From: Spirulina sp.
GTDB lineage: Bacteria; Cyanobacteriota; Cyanobacteriia; Phormidesmidales; Phormidesmidaceae
Reading direction: 5' to 3'
Length of the DNA: 64,000 nucleotides
Assembly: GCA_044070495.1 (NCBI GenBank)
Contig: JBIPSI010000002.1
Span: 96,001-160,000 of the forward strand
Shown: one piece after another, positions 20,398 to 28,932 of the stretch
Layout of the letters: every line of letters begins with the position of its first letter
How positions within the stretch are numbered: position 1 is the stretch's first letter
Translations under genes and position numbers: made by a program
The notes under the pieces: generated by a model
Databases searched by the model: none
Seen by the model: only the letters and a program-made list of their open reading frames with translations
Told to the model about the DNA's origin: nothing

Positions 20398-20438
20398 GTA
20401 TCCTCAGCTACAATTGACCGCTTCCAACTCGCTAAGCT
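20398..20438 (+). promoter_or_regulatory. NtcA-activated promoter of biuH
   Basis: Perfect GTA-TCCTCAGC-TAC at 20398-20411, then 21 nt, then TAAGCT (TAN3T) at 20433-20438. Confidence 0.75.
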
Positions 20439-20470
20439 GGCTATGGCTTCTTTGGTTGGATGTGTTCCCT

Positions 20471-21166
20471 ATGGCTCGTTACGTTGCCGCCGATCCCTAC
20501 CCCTATCCCTACGATGGCGATTTGCGTCCTGAAAATACGGCCCTGATCATCATCGATATGCAGACCGACTTCTGTGGCGAAGGCGGCTATGTGGATAAAA
20601 TGGGCTACGACCTGTCGCTAACCCGTGCCCCCATTGAGCCGATTAAAGCGGTGCTGGCAATGATGCGGGATCAGGGGTTCACCATTATTCACACCCGAGA
20701 AGGTCATCGCCCCGACCTGTCGGATCTTCCGGCCAACAAGCGCTGGCGATCCCAGCAAATTGGGGCGGGCATTGGCGATCCTGGCCCCTGTGGACGTATT
20801 TTGGTGCGGGGGGAACCGGGCTGGGAGATCATCCCCGAACTGGCCCCCATGGAGGGCGAAGTGGTGATCGACAAGCCAGGGAAAGGATCCTTCTACGCCA
20901 CGGATTTAGACTTGATCCTGACGGTCAAGGGCATTCGCAACATCATTTTGACAGGCATTACCACCGATGTCTGCGTCCACACCACCATGCGCGACGCCAA
21001 CGACCGGGGCTATGAATGTCTGATGCTCTCCGACTGCACCGGGGCTACCGACTACGGCAACTACCTAGCGGCCCTAAAAATGATCAAAATGCAGGGCGGC
21101 GTATTCGGTTCCGTGGCCGAATCCGCTGAACTGCTGAAAGTTCTCGCCTCAGGGGGCTTAGCCTAG
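20471..21166 (+). CDS. biuH: Biuret amidohydrolase (isochorismatase-like cysteine hydrolase)
   Basis: [45 protein letters not shown] and KMQGGVFG match the rhizobial BiuH sequence as I recall it. Confidence 0.85.
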   Translation: MARYVAADPYPYPYDGDLRPENTALIIIDMQTDFCGEGGYVDKMGYDLSLTRAPIEPIKAVLAMMRDQGFTIIHTREGHRPDLSDLPANKRWRSQQIGAGIGDPGPCGRILVRGEPGWEIIPELAPMEGEVVIDKPGKGSFYATDLDLILTVKGIRNIILTGITTDVCVHTTMRDANDRGYECLMLSDCTGATDYGNYLAALKMIKMQGGVFGSVAESAELLKVLASGGLA

Positions 21167-21247
21167 CTCCAAGGCTTGACCCGCATGGGTTACGCTCCCC
21201 TAACCCATCCTAGGGAGTCTGAGATGACGCTGATCCTGGATCCCTCC

Positions 21248-21898
21248 TTATCGACGGCGTTCCTGGAGCTTGCGATAGACGTCCTTGAGGTCAACGCCGT
21301 GGTGGGCGAGGGCGACGAGGGTGTGGTAAAACAGGTCGGCCACTTCTCCGGCGATGGCGGCGGGGTCGTCGTCTTTGCAGGCCATCACCACTTCGGCGGA
21401 TTCTTCGCCAACTTTTTTGAGGATTTTGTTGTCGCCCCCGGCCAGCAGTTTGCAGGTGTAGGACTCAGGGTTCGGGTGATCCCGTCGGTCGCAAATGACG
21501 CCAAACACCTGGGAGAGCGTATCCGCCGGAGGGGGAACCTTGCCCTCGTTGACCTGGTGGAAGCAGCTACGTTCTCCGGTGTGGCAGGCTACATCGCCCA
21601 TTTGCTCCACCGTCACCAGCAGGGCATCGCTGTCGCAGTCGTAGCGGATAGACTGCACCCGCTGCACATGGCCAGAGGTACCGCCCTTGTGCCAAAATTC
21701 CTGGCGAGACCGGCTCCAGAACCAGGTTTCTCCGGTCTCCATCGTTTTTTGTAAGGATTCCGCATTCATCCAGGCCATCATCAGCACCGTTCCGTCCAGG
21801 TAGTCTTGCACAATGGCTGGTACGAGCCCTTGATCGTTGTAACGAATGCGATCAACGGGGACAGCGTTGGAAAGTTCGGCGGAGGAGGAAATGGCCAT
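21248..21898 (-). CDS. hisIE: Bifunctional phosphoribosyl-AMP cyclohydrolase / phosphoribosyl-ATP pyrophosphatase
   Basis: [28 protein letters not shown] and EVADLFYH motifs. Confidence 0.96.
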   Translation of the reverse strand: MAISSSAELSNAVPVDRIRYNDQGLVPAIVQDYLDGTVLMMAWMNAESLQKTMETGETWFWSRSRQEFWHKGGTSGHVQRVQSIRYDCDSDALLVTVEQMGDVACHTGERSCFHQVNEGKVPPPADTLSQVFGVICDRRDHPNPESYTCKLLAGGDNKILKKVGEESAEVVMACKDDDPAAIAGEVADLFYHTLVALAHHGVDLKDVYRKLQERRR

Positions 21899-22053
21899 AG
21901 CAAACGTGGGCGGACTTACTTGTCCACTTTAGGAGATTTCTAGGGGACTTTGAGGGGGTGAAACAGATTAAATGCAAGACCCCGTAGAACGGGCTAGCAC
22001 AGCATAACCCATACGGGGCTAAGAACAGAGGCCTATCGGTAGAGGAATTAAAA

Positions 22054-22126
<73 letters not shown>

Positions 22127-22292
22127 GTGCGTTTCACGATTAGTAATACTATCAGAGAACCTGCTGGTTTTGGGCATCCTCCCAGAATTTTCCTAATTTG
22201 GATTGACCTCAGAGGTTCGCAGACCCCGGAAAACTAGGCCCTTGGGGCCGGAACCCCTTGCCTTTGGGGCTGATCTTGATACACCATGGGGC

Positions 22293-22934
22293 ATGGCTTC
22301 AGGTCGCACCCATGATCGCATTACCCTTTGGACGCTGCCGTTGGTGGTGCTCTTGTCCTTTCGGGTCACGCTGGATGGCTGGCTGACGGCGATCATCTGC
22401 CTGGGATTTTTGCTAGGGGGCTGGATGCTTGGCCCCGATTTAGATATTCATTCCGTGCAGTATAAGCGCTGGGGCTGGTTGCGCTGGATTTGGCTGCCCT
22501 ACCGGGGTAGTATGCGCCATCGGTCGCGCTGGTCCCATGGGCCGATCATTGGCACCGTGATCCGGGTGATTTATGCCTCGTTCTGGCTAGGGTTGATCGG
22601 GCTGGTGGTGGTGGATGTCTTGAATAGTGCGGGCCGCACCGCTCTGACCTGGGAAGCCCTGGTTGGGGGGATGGGGGATCATCTGCGTCGCCATTGGCCC
22701 CGCTGGCTGGCGCTGGTGGTGGGTTTAGAACTGGGTGCCCTCAGCCATTACACGGCGGATTGGCTGTCTTCGACCTGGAAGCGACAGACGAAGACCGCTA
22801 AAAAGGCCGCTTCTTCTAGGTCAGGCTCCAGCCGATCCACTGGGAAGAAAACACCCTCCAAATCCAAACCGTCGGCCCCCCAGGGCAAAACCCGCCGCAC
22901 CAGTCCTAAAAACAGACGATCCCCTAAGGCTTAA
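22293..22934 (+). CDS. DUF2227 family putative metal-binding membrane protein
   Basis: MASGRTHDRITLW, GPDLD, HRSRWSHG and SHYTAD motifs. Confidence 0.8.
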   Translation: MASGRTHDRITLWTLPLVVLLSFRVTLDGWLTAIICLGFLLGGWMLGPDLDIHSVQYKRWGWLRWIWLPYRGSMRHRSRWSHGPIIGTVIRVIYASFWLGLIGLVVVDVLNSAGRTALTWEALVGGMGDHLRRHWPRWLALVVGLELGALSHYTADWLSSTWKRQTKTAKKAASSRSGSSRSTGKKTPSKSKPSAPQGKTRRTSPKNRRSPKA

Positions 22935-23086
22935 TACCCAATCCTGCTTGGCTACCCCCGATTCTCTAATGGTGCATTGCGGCTTATCAAGGTGATTAGG
23001 ATGTAGCCAGATAGGGGTTAGAGCCGCGAATGCACCCTACGATTCTGGCTTTTGGGAATCGGGGTTATGGGATTCGGATTTGGTAC
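22934..23086. mobile_element. MITE-like element, family C, copy 1, with an internal GTAG-type hairpin
   Basis: Ends ATACCCAATCC / GGATTTGGTAC. Internal inverted repeat GGTGCATTGCGGCT...AGCCGCGAATGCACC-CTAC. Ends resemble 50671-50777. Confidence 0.6.
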
Positions 23087-23129
23087 AAGGCTCCCCAAAC
23101 AGTACCGACTTGGTAAGCTATTCCCTACT

Positions 23130-23258
23130 ATTCTGCTTGACAAAACCTGCCAGAACCGAGATCCGTCAAAGGGTCAGGAGACCTGACCCCTACAGGATCC
23201 CAATATTGTAGGGGCGCAGTTTCCGCGCCCGGTGCAGGATCTTTTGTCCGTCAACCAG
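23130..23258. mobile_element. MITE-like dispersed repeat, family A, copy 3, with a REP-like doublet
   Basis: GGGTCAGGAGACCTGACCCCTAC plus GTAGGGGCGCAGTTTCCGCGCCC. Ends TGCTTGACAAAA / TTTTGTCCGTCAACCAG. Confidence 0.65.
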
Positions 23259-23390
23259 GCCGCCCCCTGACGTTCCGATGGACAATGCCGCTTGAACCCA
23301 AATATCCCTGTAATCTGGAGACAAACTGGGTGAGCCAGGGCAAGCCCTAGGCCAAGCGAGTTTTTGTCCAAATACCCACAGGCAAACGCC

Positions 23391-24323
23391 ATGATTTACA
23401 GCTTTGGCAGTCTCAATATGGATTTGGTGGGTCAGGCTCCTCGGCTGCCGCTACCGGGGGAAACCCTGCTGGGCACACAATTTACCACGGTGCCGGGGGG
23501 CAAGGGGGCAAACCAGGCGGTGGCGGCGGCGCGGCTGGGCCTACCCACGACCATGATTGGCCGGGTGGGCAATGATAGTTTTGGCCATAGTCTAATCAAC
23601 AGCCTGAATGCGGCAGGGGTCGCCGCCGAAGCCATTGGTATAGACACCAAGGCCCCGACAGGGGTAGCGCTGATTGTGGTAGATAACGCTGGCCAGAACC
23701 AGATTGTGGTGCTTCCCGGTGCCAATGGCCAGGTGGGACATCAAGAGGTACAAGGGCTGACGGAACGGCTGCGGTCGGGGGATGGGGTGCTGCTGCAACT
23801 GGAGGTTCCTATGGCGGCGGTCTTGCAGGCGGCCCAGGTGGCCCAACGTAAAGGGGCCATGGTGATTCTCGATCCGGCCCCGGCTCCCGATCATCTGCCG
23901 GATGACCTGTGGTTAGCGGTGGATTGGCTCACCCCCAACCAAGGGGAAGCGAGCCAACTGGTGGGCTTTGCCGTTACCGATGTCCCGTCGGCCTGGGCGG
24001 CAGCCCAAGCCTTGCAGCGACGTGGCCCCCGCCAGGTGGTGGTCAAACTGGGGGAGGGGGGCGCGGTGGTAGCGACGCCCACGGGTGGGTTTCACCAGCC
24101 CGCCATTGCCGTCCATGCGGTGGATACGGTGGCGGCGGGCGATGCCTTTAATGGGGGGCTAGCGGCGGGCTTGGCCACGAATCTATCCCCAGAACAGGCC
24201 ATTCAGTGGGCGACAGCGGTGGCCGCCTACGCCGTCACCCAGCGTGGTGCCCAGCGGGCCATGCCCACCCGTTCCCAAGCCGAGGATCTCCTAGCCCGTG
24301 CGCCCGATCCTATTTATTTCTAG
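23391..24323 (+). CDS. rbsK: Ribokinase
   Basis: GSLNMDLV, PGGKGANQA, GQNQI, LQLE, TPNQGE and DTVAAGDAF motifs. Confidence 0.92.
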   Translation: MIYSFGSLNMDLVGQAPRLPLPGETLLGTQFTTVPGGKGANQAVAAARLGLPTTMIGRVGNDSFGHSLINSLNAAGVAAEAIGIDTKAPTGVALIVVDNAGQNQIVVLPGANGQVGHQEVQGLTERLRSGDGVLLQLEVPMAAVLQAAQVAQRKGAMVILDPAPAPDHLPDDLWLAVDWLTPNQGEASQLVGFAVTDVPSAWAAAQALQRRGPRQVVVKLGEGGAVVATPTGGFHQPAIAVHAVDTVAAGDAFNGGLAAGLATNLSPEQAIQWATAVAAYAVTQRGAQRAMPTRSQAEDLLARAPDPIYF

Positions 24324-24336
24324 GGAGAACGGTGGC

Positions 24337-25536
24337 TTAGCCCTGGGGATTGATGGTGGCGATCACTTCCCCCGTGAGCTGAGTGTCATAGCCGCCTAGG
24401 TGCTCTAACTGGGACAAGACCCGGCGGTGACCGAGGGTGGCGAGCAACTGTTGCACCGGGGGTTCCTCTATGTAGGGCTTGAGGGTAACCAAATCGTAGT
24501 GGGAGGAGCGCAGAGGAATAAAGCCAAGCTGAAAGGTTTCCGCAACGGAGGCGGCACTCACGCCCACATCCGCCTGTCCGGTCAGAATAGCCTCCGCCAC
24601 CGCCTGGTGGGAATAGGCCACAGGCCCAGTCCCCAGCCAGGAGAGACCGACCTCGGCCATGGCCTGATCCAGAACGTGGCGACTCCCTGCCCCCGGCTCG
24701 CGATTGATCAGCACCACATCCTCTCGCCCCAGATCGGCCACGCCTTGAATGCCCTTGGGGTTGCCAGGGGCCACCAGCAAGCCCTCCTGCCAAACGCCTA
24801 AGTTGACAATCACGGCGGCTTGGTCGATGGATTGATCGGCCAAGGCTTGACGCACAAAGGGCAGGTTAAAGCTTTGAGTGTGGGGGCAAAACAGGTGCAT
24901 CCCGGCGATATGAACTTCGCCAAGCAGCAGCCGTTGGAGGGCATCTTGGCTGTTGGCAAAGGTGAGGTGAACCCGCAGGCCAGGATGCCAACGCTCCGCC
25001 GCCTTCGCCCACAGGGACAGGGCCGGGGCACAGCCCGCCACCACCACCGTATTGAGCAGGTTGGCGGCATCGTCTAGCAGGGTCACCGCCACGGGGTCTT
25101 GGCCCTTGGCGGCAGCGTCCCCTTGTCCCTGGGCAGGGCTGAGGGCTGTGTCCCCAGATGGGTCTCCACTGGCATAGACCTCTCCATCCGCCGGGATTAA
25201 TTCCATCCGAAAGGCATCGGCCCCCACGAGGGGATGGGCCACCCAGCGCCCCCCCACCTGGGCCAAACTCACCCGCAATGGACTTCCCTGGGGGGTTCCT
25301 TGGGCGGGCATGGCCATGATTTGGGTGGCTTCCTCCGCCAGCCAAAACAAATCCTCGACCCGACAGCCCAGGCCCTTGGCCAACCGCAGGGCCACGGTGA
25401 TGGATAGGGCCGTCTGTCCCGATTCCACCGCCCCAATGGTTTGCCGACTAACCCCAGCCATGGCCGCCAAGTCCTGTTGACTTAGCCCTAGCCGCAACCG
25501 GGTTTGCTTTAGCCCATTATTCAATCCAACCTTCAC
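24337..25536 (-). CDS. XRE-family HTH fused to a PBP-like (molybdate/tungstate-type) ligand-binding domain
   Basis: N-terminal LSQQDLAAMAGVSRQTI HTH. C-terminal HIAGMHL, GNPKGI, NREPGAGSR and GGYD motifs. Confidence 0.82.
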   Translation of the reverse strand: MKVGLNNGLKQTRLRLGLSQQDLAAMAGVSRQTIGAVESGQTALSITVALRLAKGLGCRVEDLFWLAEEATQIMAMPAQGTPQGSPLRVSLAQVGGRWVAHPLVGADAFRMELIPADGEVYASGDPSGDTALSPAQGQGDAAAKGQDPVAVTLLDDAANLLNTVVVAGCAPALSLWAKAAERWHPGLRVHLTFANSQDALQRLLLGEVHIAGMHLFCPHTQSFNLPFVRQALADQSIDQAAVIVNLGVWQEGLLVAPGNPKGIQGVADLGREDVVLINREPGAGSRHVLDQAMAEVGLSWLGTGPVAYSHQAVAEAILTGQADVGVSAASVAETFQLGFIPLRSSHYDLVTLKPYIEEPPVQQLLATLGHRRVLSQLEHLGGYDTQLTGEVIATINPQG

Positions 25537-25683
25537 GCTCCGTTCCTCGCCATCCTATGCGCTAGATCTTCCCCGTGGCACCCCCGTCCTTGGTTTTGAG
25601 GATCCCCAGGATTCGGGCGAGTCCTGCCTAGGCCCGATCATCCCACACCACCCTAGGTCTGGGAGGCCTAGATTCTGCGATGC

Positions 25684-27798
25684 CTAGGGTGCGGTCTCCT
25701 CTGCCCCTTGCCAAATCCGCACTAGGGGTTGGTTGCCGCCAATGGTGACGAGGTGGCCATTGGGCTGGACGGTGAACCGCCAAATATCCGTAGAAAACCC
25801 GGTAATTTGCCGTATGGGGGCCTGCTGATGCAAATCCCACACCAAAATCACCTTGTCGGCATCGGCGCTCCACACCTGAGGCCCATCCACGCGCAGGGTA
25901 TTTACGTAGCTCTGGTGTCCCTCTAGCACCGCCTGGGAGGTCTGGGTGGTGAGATTCCACAGCCGTACCGTTTTGTCGGCGGAGGCGGTGATTAGGGTTT
26001 GGTTATCGTCGCTGATGGCGATGCGGTTCACAAAGCTGGTGTGCCCTTCTAGGGTAATCGGGGTGGGGACAAGGGCCGGATTGGCCGTATCGAGGAGGGC
26101 GAGATCCCACAGTTGCAGGCTGGCCCCGCCGCTGACTAGCCAGCGGTTATCTCGGCTAAAGAGGAGGTCGTTGATGGTGCCGTCGGCCTGGAAGGTGTAG
26201 CTGGGGCCAGATTGGGCCATGGCCGCGAGGTTGAGGCTGCCGTCTGCGGTGACGAGGGGCCATAGTTTAATGGTGCCGTCGCCATCGGCACTGGCCAACC
26301 AGCGGTTGTTGTTGCTTACTTCCACCGCCGTGGTGGGGATGGCATGGGCGTTGTCAATCTGGCCGAGGGGGTTGCCATCGGGCAAGGCCCAGAACCGCAG
26401 GGTGCGGTCATCCCCGGTGCTAATCAGGACGGACTGATCGGTGGTGGCCGCCAAGGATTTCACAACGTTGGTGTGTTGATCCAGGGTTTTGATCAGCGTT
26501 CCTGCATCGAGATCCCAAAGGCGGATGGTTTCGTCGGCGCTGGCTGTAATCAGGGTTTTACCATCCCGCAGCAGCAGCAGATCATAAATATCGCCCCGAT
26601 GCCCCTCCATCGCCAAAATCGGGGTAACTTCCACCTGCTCTAGGGTGGGCTGGGTGACGGCAGCGGGGTTGCCCGCTGATCCCAGATCCCGACTGAGGGC
26701 GTACCAGGTCAGGGGAACCGCTAGGGCGAGGCCCGTGATTCCCGCCAACAGCCAGGGCCGACCCGCCAACCAGGGCGGCAAAAAGCTGCGGGTGGGGTCG
26801 GGTCGGGTGGGAGATCCGTGGGGATCAAGGGTGGTTTGGGGCCAAGGGGTTGGAGGCTGAGGGGGACGGGGGGGACGGGTGATCTGGCCAGCGCGAATTT
26901 GCCCTAGGCGTTCGAGGATGGCGGCAGTGGTGGGCGGACGCTGGGCGGCGGCGGGGGCAATCAGTTCATCTACAAAGTCGGCCAGGTCGGGGGAAATTTG
27001 GGGGGCATGCTTGCGCCACTGGAAGGCATTGGTGCGGGGATCGTAGATAGTCGGATCGTTGGGCAGCTTGGCCGTGAGCAGATAAATTAACGTGCGGCCC
27101 ATGGCGTAAAAGTCGGACTGGGGCACCGCTTGGCCCTGCTCTTGCTCCGGGGGAGTGTAGCCCGCCGAACTCACGGTGGTGATATTGCTATCTCCAAGCT
27201 GGGCCATGTAGGTTTGGGTCATCTCGCGGGCGGCCCCAAAATCTACCAGCACCAACTGCCCCGACGACCGCAGCATAATATTTTCGGGCTTGATGTCGCG
27301 GTGAAAATAGTGATGCTGATGTACCAGATGCAGCACATCCGTCAGTTGGGTGAGCCACAGCATGGCCTGCTTTTCGCTGATGGGATGGTTGCCCTGCTGC
27401 ACCATCCACTGCTTCAGGTTGGGGCCATCGATCTGCTCCATCACCAGGCAGTGGCAGGGTTCAGAACTGTCTTTCGGAAAGTACTGGAAATAACCATCGG
27501 GTTCCACATGGGGCACCCCCGGATGGTTGAGCTGGCCGAGCACCTGGGCCTCGCGCCGAAACAGCTCTAGCACCTTATCGTTGTGGTTGTAGCTCGCCTT
27601 CAGCACCTTGAGGATTTTGGGAATATTCCGCTCGTAGGCTTCATAGACCTGGCCAAAGCCGCTCTGGTTGCTAATCAACCGCATCACCCGGTAGCGCCCC
27701 TGCAACAGCAGATCAGAACCACAGGCCTGACAGACCTGGCTGGCACTGTTTTCTGGGTGATTGGGCTGGTGACAATGCGGGTTTATACAAAGGCTCAT
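25684..27798 (-). CDS. Ser/Thr protein kinase with a 4-Cys prefix, a transmembrane segment and C-terminal WD40 repeats
   Basis: CINPHC...CQACG, HRDIKPEN, DFG and repeated GH...WD units. Confidence 0.9.
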   Translation of the reverse strand: MSLCINPHCHQPNHPENSASQVCQACGSDLLLQGRYRVMRLISNQSGFGQVYEAYERNIPKILKVLKASYNHNDKVLELFRREAQVLGQLNHPGVPHVEPDGYFQYFPKDSSEPCHCLVMEQIDGPNLKQWMVQQGNHPISEKQAMLWLTQLTDVLHLVHQHHYFHRDIKPENIMLRSSGQLVLVDFGAAREMTQTYMAQLGDSNITTVSSAGYTPPEQEQGQAVPQSDFYAMGRTLIYLLTAKLPNDPTIYDPRTNAFQWRKHAPQISPDLADFVDELIAPAAAQRPPTTAAILERLGQIRAGQITRPPRPPQPPTPWPQTTLDPHGSPTRPDPTRSFLPPWLAGRPWLLAGITGLALAVPLTWYALSRDLGSAGNPAAVTQPTLEQVEVTPILAMEGHRGDIYDLLLLRDGKTLITASADETIRLWDLDAGTLIKTLDQHTNVVKSLAATTDQSVLISTGDDRTLRFWALPDGNPLGQIDNAHAIPTTAVEVSNNNRWLASADGDGTIKLWPLVTADGSLNLAAMAQSGPSYTFQADGTINDLLFSRDNRWLVSGGASLQLWDLALLDTANPALVPTPITLEGHTSFVNRIAISDDNQTLITASADKTVRLWNLTTQTSQAVLEGHQSYVNTLRVDGPQVWSADADKVILVWDLHQQAPIRQITGFSTDIWRFTVQPNGHLVTIGGNQPLVRIWQGAEETAP

Positions 27799-27904
27799 AA
27801 CCAACGGCAGAATGCATCCCCAAGTGTGATCCAGTGTTCCACGGAACGGCACGGATGTACCTATCGACCGGGTTTTCTTTTGAATTGCCCCCGCCCCGCC
27901 CCGC

Positions 27905-28023
27905 GAAGCCCAGGACTCGAAGTCCAAGGCTCAGAGCCGAAATCCTCTCAAGAGGATTCGGGGGCAAGTCTTGTTGCCTGCTGAAGCAGACTTTTGCGGT
28001 GAGCCAGGGTGTTCACGCCCTAG
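27905..28023. repeat. Multi-hairpin intergenic repeat-like element
   Basis: Successive short palindromes: AATCCTC-TCAA-GAGGATT, CTGC-TGAA-GCAG and AGGGTGT-TC-ACGCCCT. Confidence 0.5.
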
Positions 28024-28133
28024 TTGTGGATTCCATGACTTCCTTTTTAGAAGGCATCCGCCTTCAGTTGGCCTACGGGGAGAGGGGCGTTAGAAAGGCT
28101 CAAAGTCTCTCCATGGAGAGGATTATCCTGGGC

Positions 28134-28796
28134 CTAGGGCTTATTTTTGAGGTAAGCAAAGACGGATTTATCGCCAATGTCGGGCACAAGGGGTTGGGTG
28201 AGTTTGCGGATTACAAACACGCCAAACAGCAGTGCCCAGAGGATCAAAAGCCCCTGTTCTAGCCTCCCAGGGAACAGGCTAAACAGGTGACCCAAAAGCA
28301 GCACGGGCACCAGGGGCGTGAGCAGTTTGGCTTCTAGACGGTTAAAACAAAAGGCTTCTTTGACGTAGATTCCAGTCAGGGCGGCGAAGGTGAAGCCCAT
28401 GCCCCAGAGGGTTTGGGGATAGGTCACTACGGTTTCTGCCAGGGGGCCATCGATGCCGTGGGCAATGGCGAGGGTGGCCAGTCCGCCGATCAGCCAAAAC
28501 CCTTGCAGCAGGCGGTGTAGGGGGATGAGGTAGATATGAATGGTGGCAAGACTCAAGCCTAGGCCCAACCAAAGGAGGGTGTAGCACAGGCTGATGGCTT
28601 GAACGAAACTAGGATCGTTGGCAAAGCCTAGGCCTAGCCCCACGCCCAGGATGAGTCCTAGGGCCGCTGCCGCCAGACCACTCCGGTAGAGCTTGACCCC
28701 TAGACGATCTTGGTCGGTGATGGTGTAGTCGCCAAACTGGCCCTGGTAAACCCCTGGGGATTCGGGCCTAGCTGTCTCGGAAGCCGCGTTTGCCAT
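28134..28796 (-). CDS. DUF2301 family integral membrane protein
   Basis: YQGQFG, IHIYL, KEAFCFNRLE and DIGDKSVF motifs. Confidence 0.85.
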   Translation of the reverse strand: MANAASETARPESPGVYQGQFGDYTITDQDRLGVKLYRSGLAAAALGLILGVGLGLGFANDPSFVQAISLCYTLLWLGLGLSLATIHIYLIPLHRLLQGFWLIGGLATLAIAHGIDGPLAETVVTYPQTLWGMGFTFAALTGIYVKEAFCFNRLEAKLLTPLVPVLLLGHLFSLFPGRLEQGLLILWALLFGVFVIRKLTQPLVPDIGDKSVFAYLKNKP

Positions 28797-28932
28797 GGGA
28801 ACCTCTCGATAAAAGCAGGACGATGGGGGCGGGCTGGGTTTGCGCCTCATTCAACCATCCTTAGCCTAACCGCAGCCCAACCGCACCGGATCCTAGACTA
28901 GGGCAGCGTTGGACGAGGGGTGGCCCCATCCC

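Noticed and set aside
21176..21754. 192-aa plus-strand ORF after biuH as a second catabolic gene
   Set aside because: It almost entirely overlaps hisIE on the opposite strand and has no family motifs.
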